A DNA stretch of 64,000 nucleotides from Candidatus Ozemobacteraceae bacterium (GCA_965140445.1 OZ223236.1:3968001-4032000), one strand, 5' to 3'. Numbered from the stretch's first letter, positions 45,375-56,432 are shown. Numbers and translations: made by a program. Notes: generated by a model not told the origin, from the sequence alone.

Positions 45375-46667
45375 ATGTTTCCTTTAAAAAAATTATCAAC
45401 CAATTCTGTTATTGTAATCCATCCAGGCACTCAGCATTCGCATCAGGTAGCCAATGGCTTATTGAAAGCTGGATTGCTAAAAAAGTTCATCACGGGAATT
45501 TTTTTTTCAGAAAATAGTCGTTTGGCAAGTTTTATAGAAGCACTCCCTGCTTTTTTTTTCTCAAAGATTAAAAGTCTCGTTCGACAAAGGAAAAAGGCGA
45601 AGATCCCTCAAGAAAAGCTGAAAAACATTATTCTGCCCGAATTGGTTTTCATAATAGCCTCAAGAATTAGATTAAATCAGACTCTACTTCGAAAAGTAAT
45701 CTATTGGCGCAACAGAGTATTTGCAAAAATGGCTTTGCCACTTGTAAAAAAAACTTCACCATCAGCTCTTATTTGTTTTGAAAGCTCTGCATTAGAGATT
45801 TTTTCTAACTGTCCAAAAAATTGCTTAAAAGTCTTGGATCATCCTAGCAGTAGCCTGAATATTGGATTAAATCTACTGAATGAAGAGGCAGATTTAAATC
45901 CAGAGTTTGCTGACTCCGTTAGAATTGATGCCCCGCCATGGTATTTAAAACAACTTGATTTGGAAGCAAAAATAGCAGACTTAATTTTAGCAGGTTCCGA
46001 GTATGTTAAAAATACACTTGTAAAATCTGGAATTAATGAAGAAAAAATCAGCGTTCTACCTTACGGCGTTGATATAACCAAATTTACGCCTGACCGAGGG
46101 AAAAAAGTAAGAAAAGAAAGGGAAAAGTTTACAATATTATTTGTTGGAAATATTTCCCAAAGAAAAGGAATCAAATACTTACTTGAGGCTTTTGTAGCAC
46201 TAGAGGCTCCTGACATACACTTAACCTTAATTGGAAATATAACAGGAAGCCAAAAACCTTTAGAAAAATATCTTAATTGCCAAAACATTGAGCACTTATC
46301 TTTTTTGCCTTATCATAAGTTACCAGAAGAATATAGAAAAGCCGACATTTTTGTTTTTCCAGCTCTTCATGAAGGATCTGCATTAGTAACTTACGAAGCA
46401 TTGGCTTCAGGACTGCCTGTTGTAACAACTTTTAATTCTGGGAGCATTGTTGAAGATGGAAAGAACGGCTTTATAGTTCCAATTCGTTCAATTGAAAAGC
46501 TTCAAGAAAAAATCATGTTTTTTTATCAGCATCCTCAAAAAGTGGTAGAATTTGGCAAGGAAGCAAGAAGAAGAGCTGAAATGTTTACATGGAAGAACTA
46601 CTATTCAAAATTGTTCCGTGAACTTGAAGTTTCTTACCAAAATAAAACAAGAGGTAGCAAAAGATGA
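45375..46667 (+). CDS. Glycosyltransferase family 4
   Basis: HPGTQHS, FVGNISQRKG and FPALHEGSALVTYEALASGLPV. Confidence 0.9.
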   Translation: MFPLKKLSTNSVIVIHPGTQHSHQVANGLLKAGLLKKFITGIFFSENSRLASFIEALPAFFFSKIKSLVRQRKKAKIPQEKLKNIILPELVFIIASRIRLNQTLLRKVIYWRNRVFAKMALPLVKKTSPSALICFESSALEIFSNCPKNCLKVLDHPSSSLNIGLNLLNEEADLNPEFADSVRIDAPPWYLKQLDLEAKIADLILAGSEYVKNTLVKSGINEEKISVLPYGVDITKFTPDRGKKVRKEREKFTILFVGNISQRKGIKYLLEAFVALEAPDIHLTLIGNITGSQKPLEKYLNCQNIEHLSFLPYHKLPEEYRKADIFVFPALHEGSALVTYEALASGLPVVTTFNSGSIVEDGKNGFIVPIRSIEKLQEKIMFFYQHPQKVVEFGKEARRRAEMFTWKNYYSKLFRELEVSYQNKTRGSKR

Positions 46668-47329
46668 CTTTCGCACTTAAAGAATTCACAGGAATTCCCT
46701 TGCATTCAGACATTGAGAAATATATTGCAGAACTAAACATTCCAAAATCATCTAAGATTCTCGACATTGGTTGTGGATCAGGAGCTTGGTTAGATAGACT
46801 AAGCAAACTTGGCTTTTCGAATTTAACTGGGATAGACCGTGAAAAAGAAAAGTTTCAGGCAAAAAATGTTAATTTTTTTAATTTTGACATAAACTCTTCT
46901 AACAGAGAGCTAATCTCTGAAAAATTTGATTTAATAACTTCAATTGAAGTTTTAGAACACATTGCAAATCCATTTGGCTTTTTCGAGCTTATTAGCAAAT
47001 CACTTTCAGATTCAGGAGTTTGCATTTTGTCCACTCCAAACATCCACTCCCTCTTATGTAGAATGCGATTTTTTTTTACGGGCCAGCTTAAAGGATTTGA
47101 CTCCAAACACGAACCAACTCATTTATTTCCAGTACATATTGATTCCATAAAAAAGATTTTAACCGCCCAAGGTTTATTTATTAGGGAGATTCGTCCCCTA
47201 CCTGAGAAAAAACTTAGCCTAACCTCAAAACCTCTTACAATTTTGCTTGCTAAATTTTTCAGACTGTTTTTAAGTGATCCCCTCCCTGGAGACTTTCTTT
47301 TAATTGAAATTCGAAGGTCGCCAAAATGA
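46664..47329 (+). CDS. Class I SAM-dependent methyltransferase
   Basis: LDIGCGSG, FDLITSIEVLEH and STPN. Confidence 0.88.
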   Translation: MTFALKEFTGIPLHSDIEKYIAELNIPKSSKILDIGCGSGAWLDRLSKLGFSNLTGIDREKEKFQAKNVNFFNFDINSSNRELISEKFDLITSIEVLEHIANPFGFFELISKSLSDSGVCILSTPNIHSLLCRMRFFFTGQLKGFDSKHEPTHLFPVHIDSIKKILTAQGLFIREIRPLPEKKLSLTSKPLTILLAKFFRLFLSDPLPGDFLLIEIRRSPK

Positions 47330-48348
47330 AAATTTTAATGGATGCAAATTTTTTCTATCCCATAGTTGGTGGAACAACTATAATGTCAGACTTACTGGCA
47401 AGGGAATTTTTAAAATTTGGGCATTCGGTGACCCTGACAACTTCCACACAAACCAATTCGTTATTGGATGACTCCATTTTTCCTTACAAAGTTGTAAGAC
47501 AGCCATCACCTATTAAATTTTTTAAATTAGTAAAAAAAGCAGACGTATTTTATCAGAGGCCTTTCAGTCTAAAATCGATTTGGGCTCCACTCATCCTCTC
47601 AAAAAAGGCAAGTTGTTCATATGTCGGAATTATTCCGCGAACGGGTATAATTAATCAGCTTAAGCATCTTTTGCTACCAAAAATTTCAGTGATTTCGGTT
47701 AGTTCCGCGGTTGCACAAGATCTTTCTTTCCCATCAGCGATAATCCCGAATAGCTACCGCACAGACATTTTTTTTAATTCCAATCCGTATAACTTAAGAA
47801 AAAAAGAGTTGATTTTTGTAGGGCGTCTTGTGAGCGAGAAAGGCGCAGACATTTTATTGTCTGCAATTAGAATATTAAAAGAAAAAAAAAGTATAGTTAA
47901 CCTTACTATAGTAGGTGATGGACCAGAAATAAATAACCTAAAAACTCAAGCCAGCCATGAAAACATTGAAAATCAAGTAACCTTCCTCGGAAAATTAACA
48001 GGTAAGGAATTAGCAAAAGAACTCAACAAGCATATCGTCCAAGTAATACCATCAAACTATGTTGAAGCTTTTGGTATCGTCGCACTCGAGGGGATAGCAT
48101 GCGGTTGCGCCATAATCGCATCGAATACTGGAGGATTAATGGGCGCGGCAGGGGACTGCGCAGTCTATTTTAAAATGGGAGATTCCTTTGATCTTGCTGA
48201 AAAAATTGGACAATTAGTGTTCCAGAGAAGTAATATAGATCCGTTAAGGAAAAATTTCTCAAGTCATCTTGATAAGCATAAACCACAAAAAATAGCCCAA
48301 AGATATCTAGAGGTAATGGTAAATGGAATCTGTAGAGCACGTGAATAA
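47326..48348 (+). CDS. Glycosyltransferase family 4
   Basis: FVGRLVSEKG and EAFGIVALEGIACG. Confidence 0.9.
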   Translation: MKILMDANFFYPIVGGTTIMSDLLAREFLKFGHSVTLTTSTQTNSLLDDSIFPYKVVRQPSPIKFFKLVKKADVFYQRPFSLKSIWAPLILSKKASCSYVGIIPRTGIINQLKHLLLPKISVISVSSAVAQDLSFPSAIIPNSYRTDIFFNSNPYNLRKKELIFVGRLVSEKGADILLSAIRILKEKKSIVNLTIVGDGPEINNLKTQASHENIENQVTFLGKLTGKELAKELNKHIVQVIPSNYVEAFGIVALEGIACGCAIIASNTGGLMGAAGDCAVYFKMGDSFDLAEKIGQLVFQRSNIDPLRKNFSSHLDKHKPQKIAQRYLEVMVNGICRARE

Positions 48349-49678
48349 AGTTAATGAGGTCAAAAGGGTAAAGTTAGTAAATCTAATTTTCCTTTTTTAC
48401 TGGGCTATTATTTTTGAAGGAGCAATTCGGAAATGGGTTTTTCCAGAGTTTGCAAATTATCTTTATTTTATGCGCGATCCTGTTGTTTTCTTAATATACG
48501 CATTTGCCCTTAGAAACAATCTTTTACCACGCATTTCAACTGCATATTTAGCTGGATTATTTTTAGCTATCTCCAGCACAATATTTACTTTTTTCCAGTA
48601 TTTTTCCTTGGACGTTCCTTGGTACATTCTAGGTGGTGGCTGGAGAAATCATTTTTTTCTAATTCCATTAGCTTTTATTATTGAGAAAAATTTCCAAAGA
48701 GATGACTTTGTTAGGCTTTTTAAGCAAACCTTAAAACTAACACCTTTTATCTTGGTTATTGCATATTTCCAATCAACATCCCCGAGAGATGCTTGGATTA
48801 ACTCTGGGTCAGGAACTGACGAGGGAATATTTTTTCTTCCCCATGGAGTTGCACAGGAAATTACTAGAACTCAAGGCTTATTCACTTCTAGTGTTGGACA
48901 CATGATATTTGTTGGAAGTCTGTTTTCTTCAATTTTCGTTGCTTACACATCTGGTATTTACAAGAAAGTTTTTTCAGGATATGAGTGGTGGATTTATTTT
49001 TTCTCCACCCTTGGAATTCTAGGACTTTGCGGGCAAAGAGGAACCTTCATCCTCATAATCATCATTTTCTTTGGTGCACTTTTTTCCGCCTTTTTTCTTC
49101 CAAAAGTTAGATTCAACTCGATATTTAAAATTGCTGGACTTATGGTCTTGTTTAGTTTAATTTTATTTCCAACTTTTTTTAAGGCACAAACCGATGCTTT
49201 ATTATTTAGAGTAAGGGGGGCTTCTGTAGGAAGTTCAAGACCAGATATCATCGGGTTTGATCTTGTAGAAAGAATTATTGGGGGTGCAACTTATTTTGTA
49301 GCACAACTACCCACGACCCCCTTAATGGGTTATGGCCTTGGTATTGGAAGTAATGCTGCAACTTTAATGAAAATTAGAACTGTTGAGTTGAGTATTGAGG
49401 ACGAGTGGTCCAGACACATTGCTGAAATGGGACCGATTTTTGGTTTCATCTTTATTTTATCAAGATTTGCTTTATGCATATACCTTGTTTTTTTATCATT
49501 TCGTCACTTGTTAAAAAAGCATGATCCAACGCCTTTTATAATTTTGCTTGGCATTTTTCCATTTGTCTTCCACAGCCAAATGACTGGACATGGTACGGGC
49601 AGTGGTTATTGCTGGTTCACGATAGGCTTAGTTCTTGCAAGCGTAAACTTTAGAATGGATGAAGATACAAAACAATGA
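48323..49678 (+). CDS. Multi-TM protein, probable polysaccharide polymerase/ligase (Wzy/WaaL-like)
   Basis: IFEGAIRKW, R.QGLF, CGQRG, GYGLG and E.G..G pattern; about 10-12 TMs. Confidence 0.6.
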   Translation: MESVEHVNKVNEVKRVKLVNLIFLFYWAIIFEGAIRKWVFPEFANYLYFMRDPVVFLIYAFALRNNLLPRISTAYLAGLFLAISSTIFTFFQYFSLDVPWYILGGGWRNHFFLIPLAFIIEKNFQRDDFVRLFKQTLKLTPFILVIAYFQSTSPRDAWINSGSGTDEGIFFLPHGVAQEITRTQGLFTSSVGHMIFVGSLFSSIFVAYTSGIYKKVFSGYEWWIYFFSTLGILGLCGQRGTFILIIIIFFGALFSAFFLPKVRFNSIFKIAGLMVLFSLILFPTFFKAQTDALLFRVRGASVGSSRPDIIGFDLVERIIGGATYFVAQLPTTPLMGYGLGIGSNAATLMKIRTVELSIEDEWSRHIAEMGPIFGFIFILSRFALCIYLVFLSFRHLLKKHDPTPFIILLGIFPFVFHSQMTGHGTGSGYCWFTIGLVLASVNFRMDEDTKQ

Positions 49679-50361
49679 ATAGTTGCTTTTCAAGAGAAAA
49701 CCTTAAAAGAGCAATAGCCTCAAAAGGAATTAGTGATAAGAATTTAAAAAAGATTTTACTTTCTATAGTTGAAAAGAAAAAAATCCAAGGTGATTTGCTT
49801 GATTTTGGTGCTGGCACTGGTGAATTTTTACAATTAGTTATCTCCGGTAAAAAACATCTTATTAATTCATTTTCTGGTGTTGACATACAGCCTCGCCCAC
49901 AAAATTTGCCGAAAAATGTTGAATGGTTTTCAAGAGATTTAAATCTCCCAGCAATATTTGAGAAAAAAAAGTTTGACCTCATTACATGCATTGAGGTAAT
50001 TGAGCACTTGGAGAACCCACGTTTGGCATTTAGAAATTTTGCCAACAACTTAAAAACTGGTGGCAAACTAATTCTTACAACCCCAAATTGTGAATCAATT
50101 AGATCTTTTTTGTGCCTCATTTTTGGTGGCCATTTTGCCGCCCACCTTGGCAAATGTTATCCAGCACATATAACTGCTCTTCTTCGCTTGGATCTTATCC
50201 GATTGTGCTATGAAAATGGCTTTCGCAAGCCAACTTTTTTTTATTCAAACCTTGGTTCAATACCTAAATTCCCAAATAAAAAATGGCAGGATATTAGCAA
50301 AGCTTTTAGAGGCAGGTTTTTTAGTGATAACCTAATTTTGATTACGGAAAAGGTAAGTTAG
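49675..50361 (+). CDS. Class I SAM-dependent methyltransferase
   Basis: LDFGAGTG, FDLITCIEVIEHLENP and TTPN. Confidence 0.88.
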   Translation: MNSCFSRENLKRAIASKGISDKNLKKILLSIVEKKKIQGDLLDFGAGTGEFLQLVISGKKHLINSFSGVDIQPRPQNLPKNVEWFSRDLNLPAIFEKKKFDLITCIEVIEHLENPRLAFRNFANNLKTGGKLILTTPNCESIRSFLCLIFGGHFAAHLGKCYPAHITALLRLDLIRLCYENGFRKPTFFYSNLGSIPKFPNKKWQDISKAFRGRFFSDNLILITEKVS

Positions 50362-50362
50362 A

Positions 50363-52198
50363 TTGAAAACAATTCTTATTTTTTCTATTTTGCAAAAACA
50401 AATGTTTCTAGTTTTTTTTAGACCGACCTCCGGTCTGCTTGGTTCTTATTTGATTGCAAACCTTTTGATTGCTTTTTTGTTAATATTATTTTTGAAAAAA
50501 ACAAAAAATGAAGCTTCAAGCCTGTGTTTTCTAGGTATCTTAAATGCATTATTTTTTTTGGTATCTTTCGGCACAGAAACGTATGATAGAATTTTTCAAC
50601 AGACTTTAAATTTTCACCTATTGAAGATTTTGGATCACTTGGGCGATGCAAATTCAAGTCTTGCTGAGTTGATTGGAAAAAGAGACATTCTCTACTTTCC
50701 TTTTGACTTTGCAATATTAGTAGCCCTCCCATTTAGAAAACTTAGATTCATCCTTTCTACTATAGACAAGTGTGTTTTTTCTATTGATTCAAATAAAATT
50801 AAAGCTATAATAGTAGCTTTAATGGTCTTTTGGATTCCTCTTACCTCGCCCGGCAACAGCATTATTGAACCGTTTGGTAGAACTGGATGGAAAGGAATAC
50901 TGACCTTTTCACCAGTTTTTTATTATTCGCTTGAAGCTTTAAAGTGTATAAACAAAGAGTATTTTTATCCCCCGCCAAGCGATGCTCTAAAATCAGAAAT
51001 AATAAAATCGCTTAGAATCTATAAATCTCCTCCTCTTAAGCCTCCCTATAAATTAAATATAGAAAAACCAAATTTCATTGTCATTGAATGCGAATCCTAC
51101 ATGTCATGGGCAATGAATGCTAAGTTTAATGGAAAGGAAGTTACTCCTTTTTTCAATAGCTTGGCAAGTCAGTCCTTATTTATTCCTAATTTTTATTCCC
51201 AGAGCCTCCAGTCATCAGATTCTACATTCTCGTTTATGACCTCTCTCTACCCTCATGAAAACTATTACGCGCATGTGGAATATTTTACTAATGAATTTCA
51301 AAGCTTTCCAAAAGTTTTAAAAAGAAATGGTTACAAGACTTACTATTCAGAAGCTACGCGAGCAACTTTTTTTAACAATCTCGCCATGAATAGATCATTC
51401 GGCTTTGATAAAGCAACCTATTTAGCACAATTTAAGCAGGTTGATAAATTAGGTTGGGGATTATCTGACAAATCCTTCTTTTCACAAGTTTTACCTATTA
51501 TTGCAACATTACCTCAGCCATTTTATGCTCATCTGCACACAGTGTCTACTCACCACCCTTTCACCTATTCTGCCGTCCCCAGTTATTTTAAGTTAGAGGA
51601 TTTGCCGTGGAAAGATGAAAGAACGCTAGGCTATTTAAATTGTCTACATTACTCTGACGAAGCCCTAAGGATTTTTTTTGAAAATATAAAGAACTCAGAA
51701 TTTTATTCAAATTGTGTTTTTCTTTTGTTTGGAGATCACGGTTTCAGACTTGATCCAATCTTCACACCTGTAGAAGAAAACTACGTTAAGTATCCTATGA
51801 ATAGAAATATTGCAACAATACTACTTGCCAACACACCATGTATAATTTTTATTCCCGAAGTTACGAATGGAGAGATTAATTCTAAATATTGTGGACAAAT
51901 AGACTTAAGCCCTACTCTACTTAATATAGCCTCAATTTCTTCCCCATTAGAATTCTTAGGAAAAAGTATTTTTGAAAAAGCACAAGGACAATCAATTAAT
52001 AAACTTTATACGGGAATTTCAAAAAACAATATCTTTTTAGGCAAAAATGAAAGAATGGATGATTTTAGCTTAATAATAGATAGATTTCAGGGAACACCTC
52101 ACACCAATTTCAATACAAAAGAGTGTTTTAAGAAGCTTGAGTTAAGTAAAAAAATGCTGGAAAACAATCTCTGTACGGTTGAAAAACTTGGTTTATAA
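50363..52198 (+). CDS. LTA synthase-like (alkaline phosphatase/sulfatase superfamily) membrane phosphotransferase
   Basis: N-terminal TMs; PNFIVIECES, EVTPFFN, TVSTHHPF, FGDH and QIDLSPT. Start is uncertain. Confidence 0.85.
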   Translation: MKTILIFSILQKQMFLVFFRPTSGLLGSYLIANLLIAFLLILFLKKTKNEASSLCFLGILNALFFLVSFGTETYDRIFQQTLNFHLLKILDHLGDANSSLAELIGKRDILYFPFDFAILVALPFRKLRFILSTIDKCVFSIDSNKIKAIIVALMVFWIPLTSPGNSIIEPFGRTGWKGILTFSPVFYYSLEALKCINKEYFYPPPSDALKSEIIKSLRIYKSPPLKPPYKLNIEKPNFIVIECESYMSWAMNAKFNGKEVTPFFNSLASQSLFIPNFYSQSLQSSDSTFSFMTSLYPHENYYAHVEYFTNEFQSFPKVLKRNGYKTYYSEATRATFFNNLAMNRSFGFDKATYLAQFKQVDKLGWGLSDKSFFSQVLPIIATLPQPFYAHLHTVSTHHPFTYSAVPSYFKLEDLPWKDERTLGYLNCLHYSDEALRIFFENIKNSEFYSNCVFLLFGDHGFRLDPIFTPVEENYVKYPMNRNIATILLANTPCIIFIPEVTNGEINSKYCGQIDLSPTLLNIASISSPLEFLGKSIFEKAQGQSINKLYTGISKNNIFLGKNERMDDFSLIIDRFQGTPHTNFNTKECFKKLELSKKMLENNLCTVEKLGL

Positions 52199-52284
52199 AA
52201 TATACTTTATAAGTGTTCATTATGAAATTAGAAAATGTTGATGAATATAATGAATTTTTTATTTCGTTTAATAGGTAAGTCTAA

Positions 52285-54135
52285 ATGAGTTTGTTTTTTT
52301 TGTTTGCAATTTTTTTGAAACTTTTATTCCCTGTATTTCAAGCTAATGAAGGGGCCTTTGATGCAACTTACATTGTCGGATGTTTTTCTTCCACATTAAT
52401 TGTTACTTTAATCGCTTCCTATATAAAAAAACCGAAATTGCGGAAAACATTCTTGTTTTCAGTAAATATTGTGTTAACTTTCTTAATTTTTTCAACTTTA
52501 ATATATCTAAGAGTTTTTACAGATGCGCTTTCCTTTGAAATGCTTTTTATTATTGACCACCTTTTTGATGTTAGGGGAAGTGCAACGGCTTTGATCGGAA
52601 AAAGAGATGCTTTTTTTTTGTTACTAGACATTCCTTTGGCTATTTTACTTTTCTGGGCACCCTCCAAAAAAAGTTTTGTTTTGAAATTTGATTTAGAAAC
52701 TATAAAACGAAACAAAATCGCCAAAACTCTATTTATTTCTTTTAGTCTATGGTTGTTGCTGATACCTCTAAAAGGAGATACCTATGCAGACTTTTTTTCA
52801 AAGCAGGGATGGAGCGGAATAAAAAGAGTAAACCCTTTAAACTACTATATAGCTGAATTGTTTACAGGGTTAAAACGTCTTATTTATACAAAAGTTTTAA
52901 CTCATGAAGAAAAACAAGAAATTCTTACTTTTGTTTTAAACAAAGCAAAAGATCGTGAATCGAAACCACGTGAATTTCTATTCCCAAAACTTGAAAATCC
53001 CAATATTATTTTTATCCAGGTAGAATCTTTGATGGCGTGGGCAATGATAGAAAAAATAAAAAATGAACCAATAACCCCTTTTTTAAATTCTCTGGCAAGT
53101 AGATCTATATTTATAGAGAATTTTTACTCAAATTCATTGCATACATGTAATTCGGATTTCTCAACACTAACAAGCTTAAAACCTCTCCAACAAACAAAAG
53201 CTCATATAGATTTTTATTTAAATGATTTTGTTTCTCTACCAAAAGCCCTTAAGTCATTGGGATATTATTCTTTTTACGCTAATCCATGCCGCCAACACTT
53301 TTGGAATGTAAGAGGTATGAATAGGTCTTTAGGATTTGACAAGGGTATATATCTCGACCAACTTGAAGCTAAAGAAATTCTAGGGTTTGGTCTTTGTGAA
53401 AAAGAATTTTTCGGTCAAATTCTTCCACACTTAAGTAATCTACCAAAGCCATTTATGGCATATCTTCTAACAATTTCTTCTCACCATCCATTTCTTTTCG
53501 ACAATACACCAATCTTTTTCCCGCCTGAATCAATTCCTTGGGAAGATAAATTCACGAGGGGGTACGTTCAATTAATAAAGTATACCGATAAACAGATTGA
53601 AAACTTTTTTTATGAGCTTGATCGAAATAATCTATTAGAAAATACTGTTGTCATAATTTTTGGAGACCACCCAATTAGACTTGCCCCCTTCTGGGATCCA
53701 TTAGTGGAAAAATTAAAAGGACTCCCAGACTACCAGGAAGCAGCCCAAGTAATTTATTCAAAAGTTCCTTGCATCATATATTCAAAAAAGTTTTCACCAA
53801 AAATTGTAAAAAAATACTCTAGTCAGATTGACTTGGCTCCAACAGTGTTGGAAATTTGTGGCATCAAACTGCCTCCAGAGTTTTTGGGCGAACCTGTTAA
53901 TTTCTCGGGCCCCGGGGAGGTAGTACATAAATCATTTTCCCTCATTTCAGAAAACAATGTCTCTTGGGGAAAAGGAAAAAATGATTTTTTATACAATTTA
54001 AATTTACAAACAGGTACAGAACAAACAAGCAAATTTCAAAATTCTTTTAAACTAGCTGTTACATCAGAGAAAATGGTTTATAATAATCTATGTAGACTAA
54101 AATTTTTGGAAAATAAACAAGCAATTGGACAATGA
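52285..54135 (+). CDS. Second LTA synthase-like membrane phosphotransferase
   Basis: PNIIFIQVES, ITPFLN, TISSHHPF, FGDH and SQIDLAPT. Confidence 0.87.
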   Translation: MSLFFLFAIFLKLLFPVFQANEGAFDATYIVGCFSSTLIVTLIASYIKKPKLRKTFLFSVNIVLTFLIFSTLIYLRVFTDALSFEMLFIIDHLFDVRGSATALIGKRDAFFLLLDIPLAILLFWAPSKKSFVLKFDLETIKRNKIAKTLFISFSLWLLLIPLKGDTYADFFSKQGWSGIKRVNPLNYYIAELFTGLKRLIYTKVLTHEEKQEILTFVLNKAKDRESKPREFLFPKLENPNIIFIQVESLMAWAMIEKIKNEPITPFLNSLASRSIFIENFYSNSLHTCNSDFSTLTSLKPLQQTKAHIDFYLNDFVSLPKALKSLGYYSFYANPCRQHFWNVRGMNRSLGFDKGIYLDQLEAKEILGFGLCEKEFFGQILPHLSNLPKPFMAYLLTISSHHPFLFDNTPIFFPPESIPWEDKFTRGYVQLIKYTDKQIENFFYELDRNNLLENTVVIIFGDHPIRLAPFWDPLVEKLKGLPDYQEAAQVIYSKVPCIIYSKKFSPKIVKKYSSQIDLAPTVLEICGIKLPPEFLGEPVNFSGPGEVVHKSFSLISENNVSWGKGKNDFLYNLNLQTGTEQTSKFQNSFKLAVTSEKMVYNNLCRLKFLENKQAIGQ

Positions 54136-54150
54136 AAAAAACAATTTGTT

Positions 54151-55647
54151 TTATTTGCTGTTTTCAGTAGTTTTTTTGGGTCTGTAGACCGCAAAATTGT
54201 ACCCTTGGGATGTATTAGCAATTTTAAGTCCAAACAATTTTGGCACACATTTGCTAAAATAATTTTCGGTGAGTACAAAACCTGGAATTTCAGGTGGTGT
54301 TAATCTATCTGGGTGGGGTATATTGATTTGCTGAATTACTAAAGTTGCAGACGAAACAAGAGGTTGTAGTTTCCAAATTCTAATTTTTTCATAATCTTCC
54401 GTTAAGGTGAAAAGTCCAGAGGACAAACAAATAACCCCTTTTTCATCTTTCAGGATATTTTGAAACTTGAGATACGCATCGTGATAGGACATCCCGTTTT
54501 TAAGAAAATACGGGAATAAGATTGCATTTCTTATAAATCCCGCACCACATAAACCAAACACCACAATAAGTGTGAAATACCAAATTCGTTTTTTGTTTAG
54601 AGAGACTAAAGTATTATACTCTTTATATGTCCACAAAAGAGTTAACACTGCGAGTGGCGTAAAAACCAATAAATTGAAATTCCTTGGGATGTCCAATAAA
54701 AAGGTCTTCAATGCCAACCCAAACAATGAAAAACATGAAAGAAAAAACAAAAAAGGGGACTTGCCTCTAATTTTGCCAGATAGCAATAATATGGAGATTG
54801 CAATTACTACACCAACCCAAGGAAGACCTAAGAATGTAGATTGCGGACAAAAAAAGTAATAGTAAAAAAAGGTTTTAAAGGAAATCCTATTCAATGAAAC
54901 AGCAAATTTACTTGCACGAATCATCCCTGAAAACCAATCTGCCATAGGATATGGATAAACAGAAAAACAAAGAAGAAATGAAGAAAAAGAAATAATGAGT
55001 ATAAAAAAGTAACTTCTAAGGGAGTTAAAAAAAGTGCAGTTTAAACTAATCCAAATAAAAAGAATTGCGCCTGAAAGAACACCGGCCAATGGGTTTGAGG
55101 CAACAAGCAATCCAACCAAAACAGCAGCAACAATCCCACCTTTTTGTCTCATCCTTTGGCAAACTAAAGTCCCTGACAAAATCAAAATCATTGAAAAAGG
55201 TTCTGGTCGAGCCCCAATACCTGACAAAAAGGTTGCTACAGGCAATAAACCAAAACCTACTAAAATCGATTCAGAAACTGAATTTTTCCTGTCAGTTTTT
55301 TTAAAAATATTTTGGAACAAAACATAGGCGAGAACCAAACATATGCAAGTCTCTAACGACAAAGCCAATCTTAAATGCGAATACGTTGGCTTTAAGCACA
55401 AAAAGCTTCTAGCTATGTGATTAAAAAAACCGTGATAAACCCATTTTCCAGAAGGATCTCGAACTTCCTTTGGAAAACTATCAAACAAACTAATCAAACC
55501 ATTTCCCAGCTTATACTGCAAAGCTATCGGAAAATAAACTATTGAATCTCCATCTAAAACAGGATATGAGTAATAACCAGCAAATAAGTTAAAAAGAATT
55601 AAAATAGAGATAAAAAATAAAACGATCTTAGCTGATACACTTCTCAT
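54151..55647 (-). CDS. Multi-TM protein, GT-C fold (ArnT/PMT-like) glycosyltransferase candidate
   Basis: Acidic DGDS..Y loop after TM1, ARPE motif, more than 10 TMs and a soluble C-terminal tail. Confidence 0.55.
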   Translation of the reverse strand: MRSVSAKIVLFFISILILFNLFAGYYSYPVLDGDSIVYFPIALQYKLGNGLISLFDSFPKEVRDPSGKWVYHGFFNHIARSFLCLKPTYSHLRLALSLETCICLVLAYVLFQNIFKKTDRKNSVSESILVGFGLLPVATFLSGIGARPEPFSMILILSGTLVCQRMRQKGGIVAAVLVGLLVASNPLAGVLSGAILFIWISLNCTFFNSLRSYFFILIISFSSFLLCFSVYPYPMADWFSGMIRASKFAVSLNRISFKTFFYYYFFCPQSTFLGLPWVGVVIAISILLLSGKIRGKSPFLFFLSCFSLFGLALKTFLLDIPRNFNLLVFTPLAVLTLLWTYKEYNTLVSLNKKRIWYFTLIVVFGLCGAGFIRNAILFPYFLKNGMSYHDAYLKFQNILKDEKGVICLSSGLFTLTEDYEKIRIWKLQPLVSSATLVIQQINIPHPDRLTPPEIPGFVLTENYFSKCVPKLFGLKIANTSQGYNFAVYRPKKTTENSK

Positions 55648-55652
55648 GAAAA

Positions 55653-56432
55653 TTACAACCTTTTTCTAAAAACAAATTTTGCAACTAAATTTAAGTCAAT
55701 ACTTGGAATTCTAATTGGCCAAAAAGATTGCTCGACTTTTTCAAAAAATATATCTAGATTCTCCAATATTTCATCGCTGAAATTTGGATGTTCCCAACAA
55801 ACAACCTTGTTTGGGTTAATCTTAGTATTTTTTAACAAACGCTTCCGACTGGTCAGATAACGCCCTAATCCCCAGGCTATCCCTCCCTCACATGGAATAG
55901 CTCCAACAATTATACCGCCTGGCTTTAGAACCCTTAAAATCTCTTTTAGATATTGATCAAGTGGATAAAGGTGCTCTAAAGTAAAAAACGTAAAAAAAAC
56001 ATCGAATTCACAATCATAAAAAGGTAGTGTCTTTTCTCCATGATTTAGCAAAATAGTTTCACAAGGCAAAGATGGCACTTTCCTTCCTAGCGTATCTCTT
56101 GTTTTACTTAGCATTTCCTGACTGATATCTGCGACGGTTAGATGAGCAGGCACACCATTCCAGTGATTTGTATGTAATAAGTCCCCACCGCCGATTTCCA
56201 AAATCCTCTTACCACATAAATCAACGTTTAGAATTGAACTGTAACCAACATCGCTAACCAATCTGCCGACAGATTGCCGCTGAGTATATTCATAGTGTTC
56301 GGCATAATAATCTTGCCAAAGTTTCCAATCAATATCTTCAGAAACGGGTTCAAATCCATATTTTGCCCTATCCCCAAAAAGCGCAACAAAAATTGCTTTC
56401 GGCAAAAACTTTCTCAGGTAAAAATGAATCAC
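55653..56432 (-). CDS. Class I SAM-dependent methyltransferase
   Basis: ILEIGGG, LPF, TLEHL and LRVLKPGG. Confidence 0.85.
   Translation of the reverse strand: MIHFYLRKFLPKAIFVALFGDRAKYGFEPVSEDIDWKLWQDYYAEHYEYTQRQSVGRLVSDVGYSSILNVDLCGKRILEIGGGDLLHTNHWNGVPAHLTVADISQEMLSKTRDTLGRKVPSLPCETILLNHGEKTLPFYDCEFDVFFTFFTLEHLYPLDQYLKEILRVLKPGGIIVGAIPCEGGIAWGLGRYLTSRKRLLKNTKINPNKVVCWEHPNFSDEILENLDIFFEKVEQSFWPIRIPSIDLNLVAKFVFRKRL

Noticed and set aside
41638..54135. A9/T9 homopolymers in glycan genes as phase-variation tracts
   Set aside because: All reading frames are intact and such runs are expected in very AT-rich DNA; no long G/C tracts were seen.
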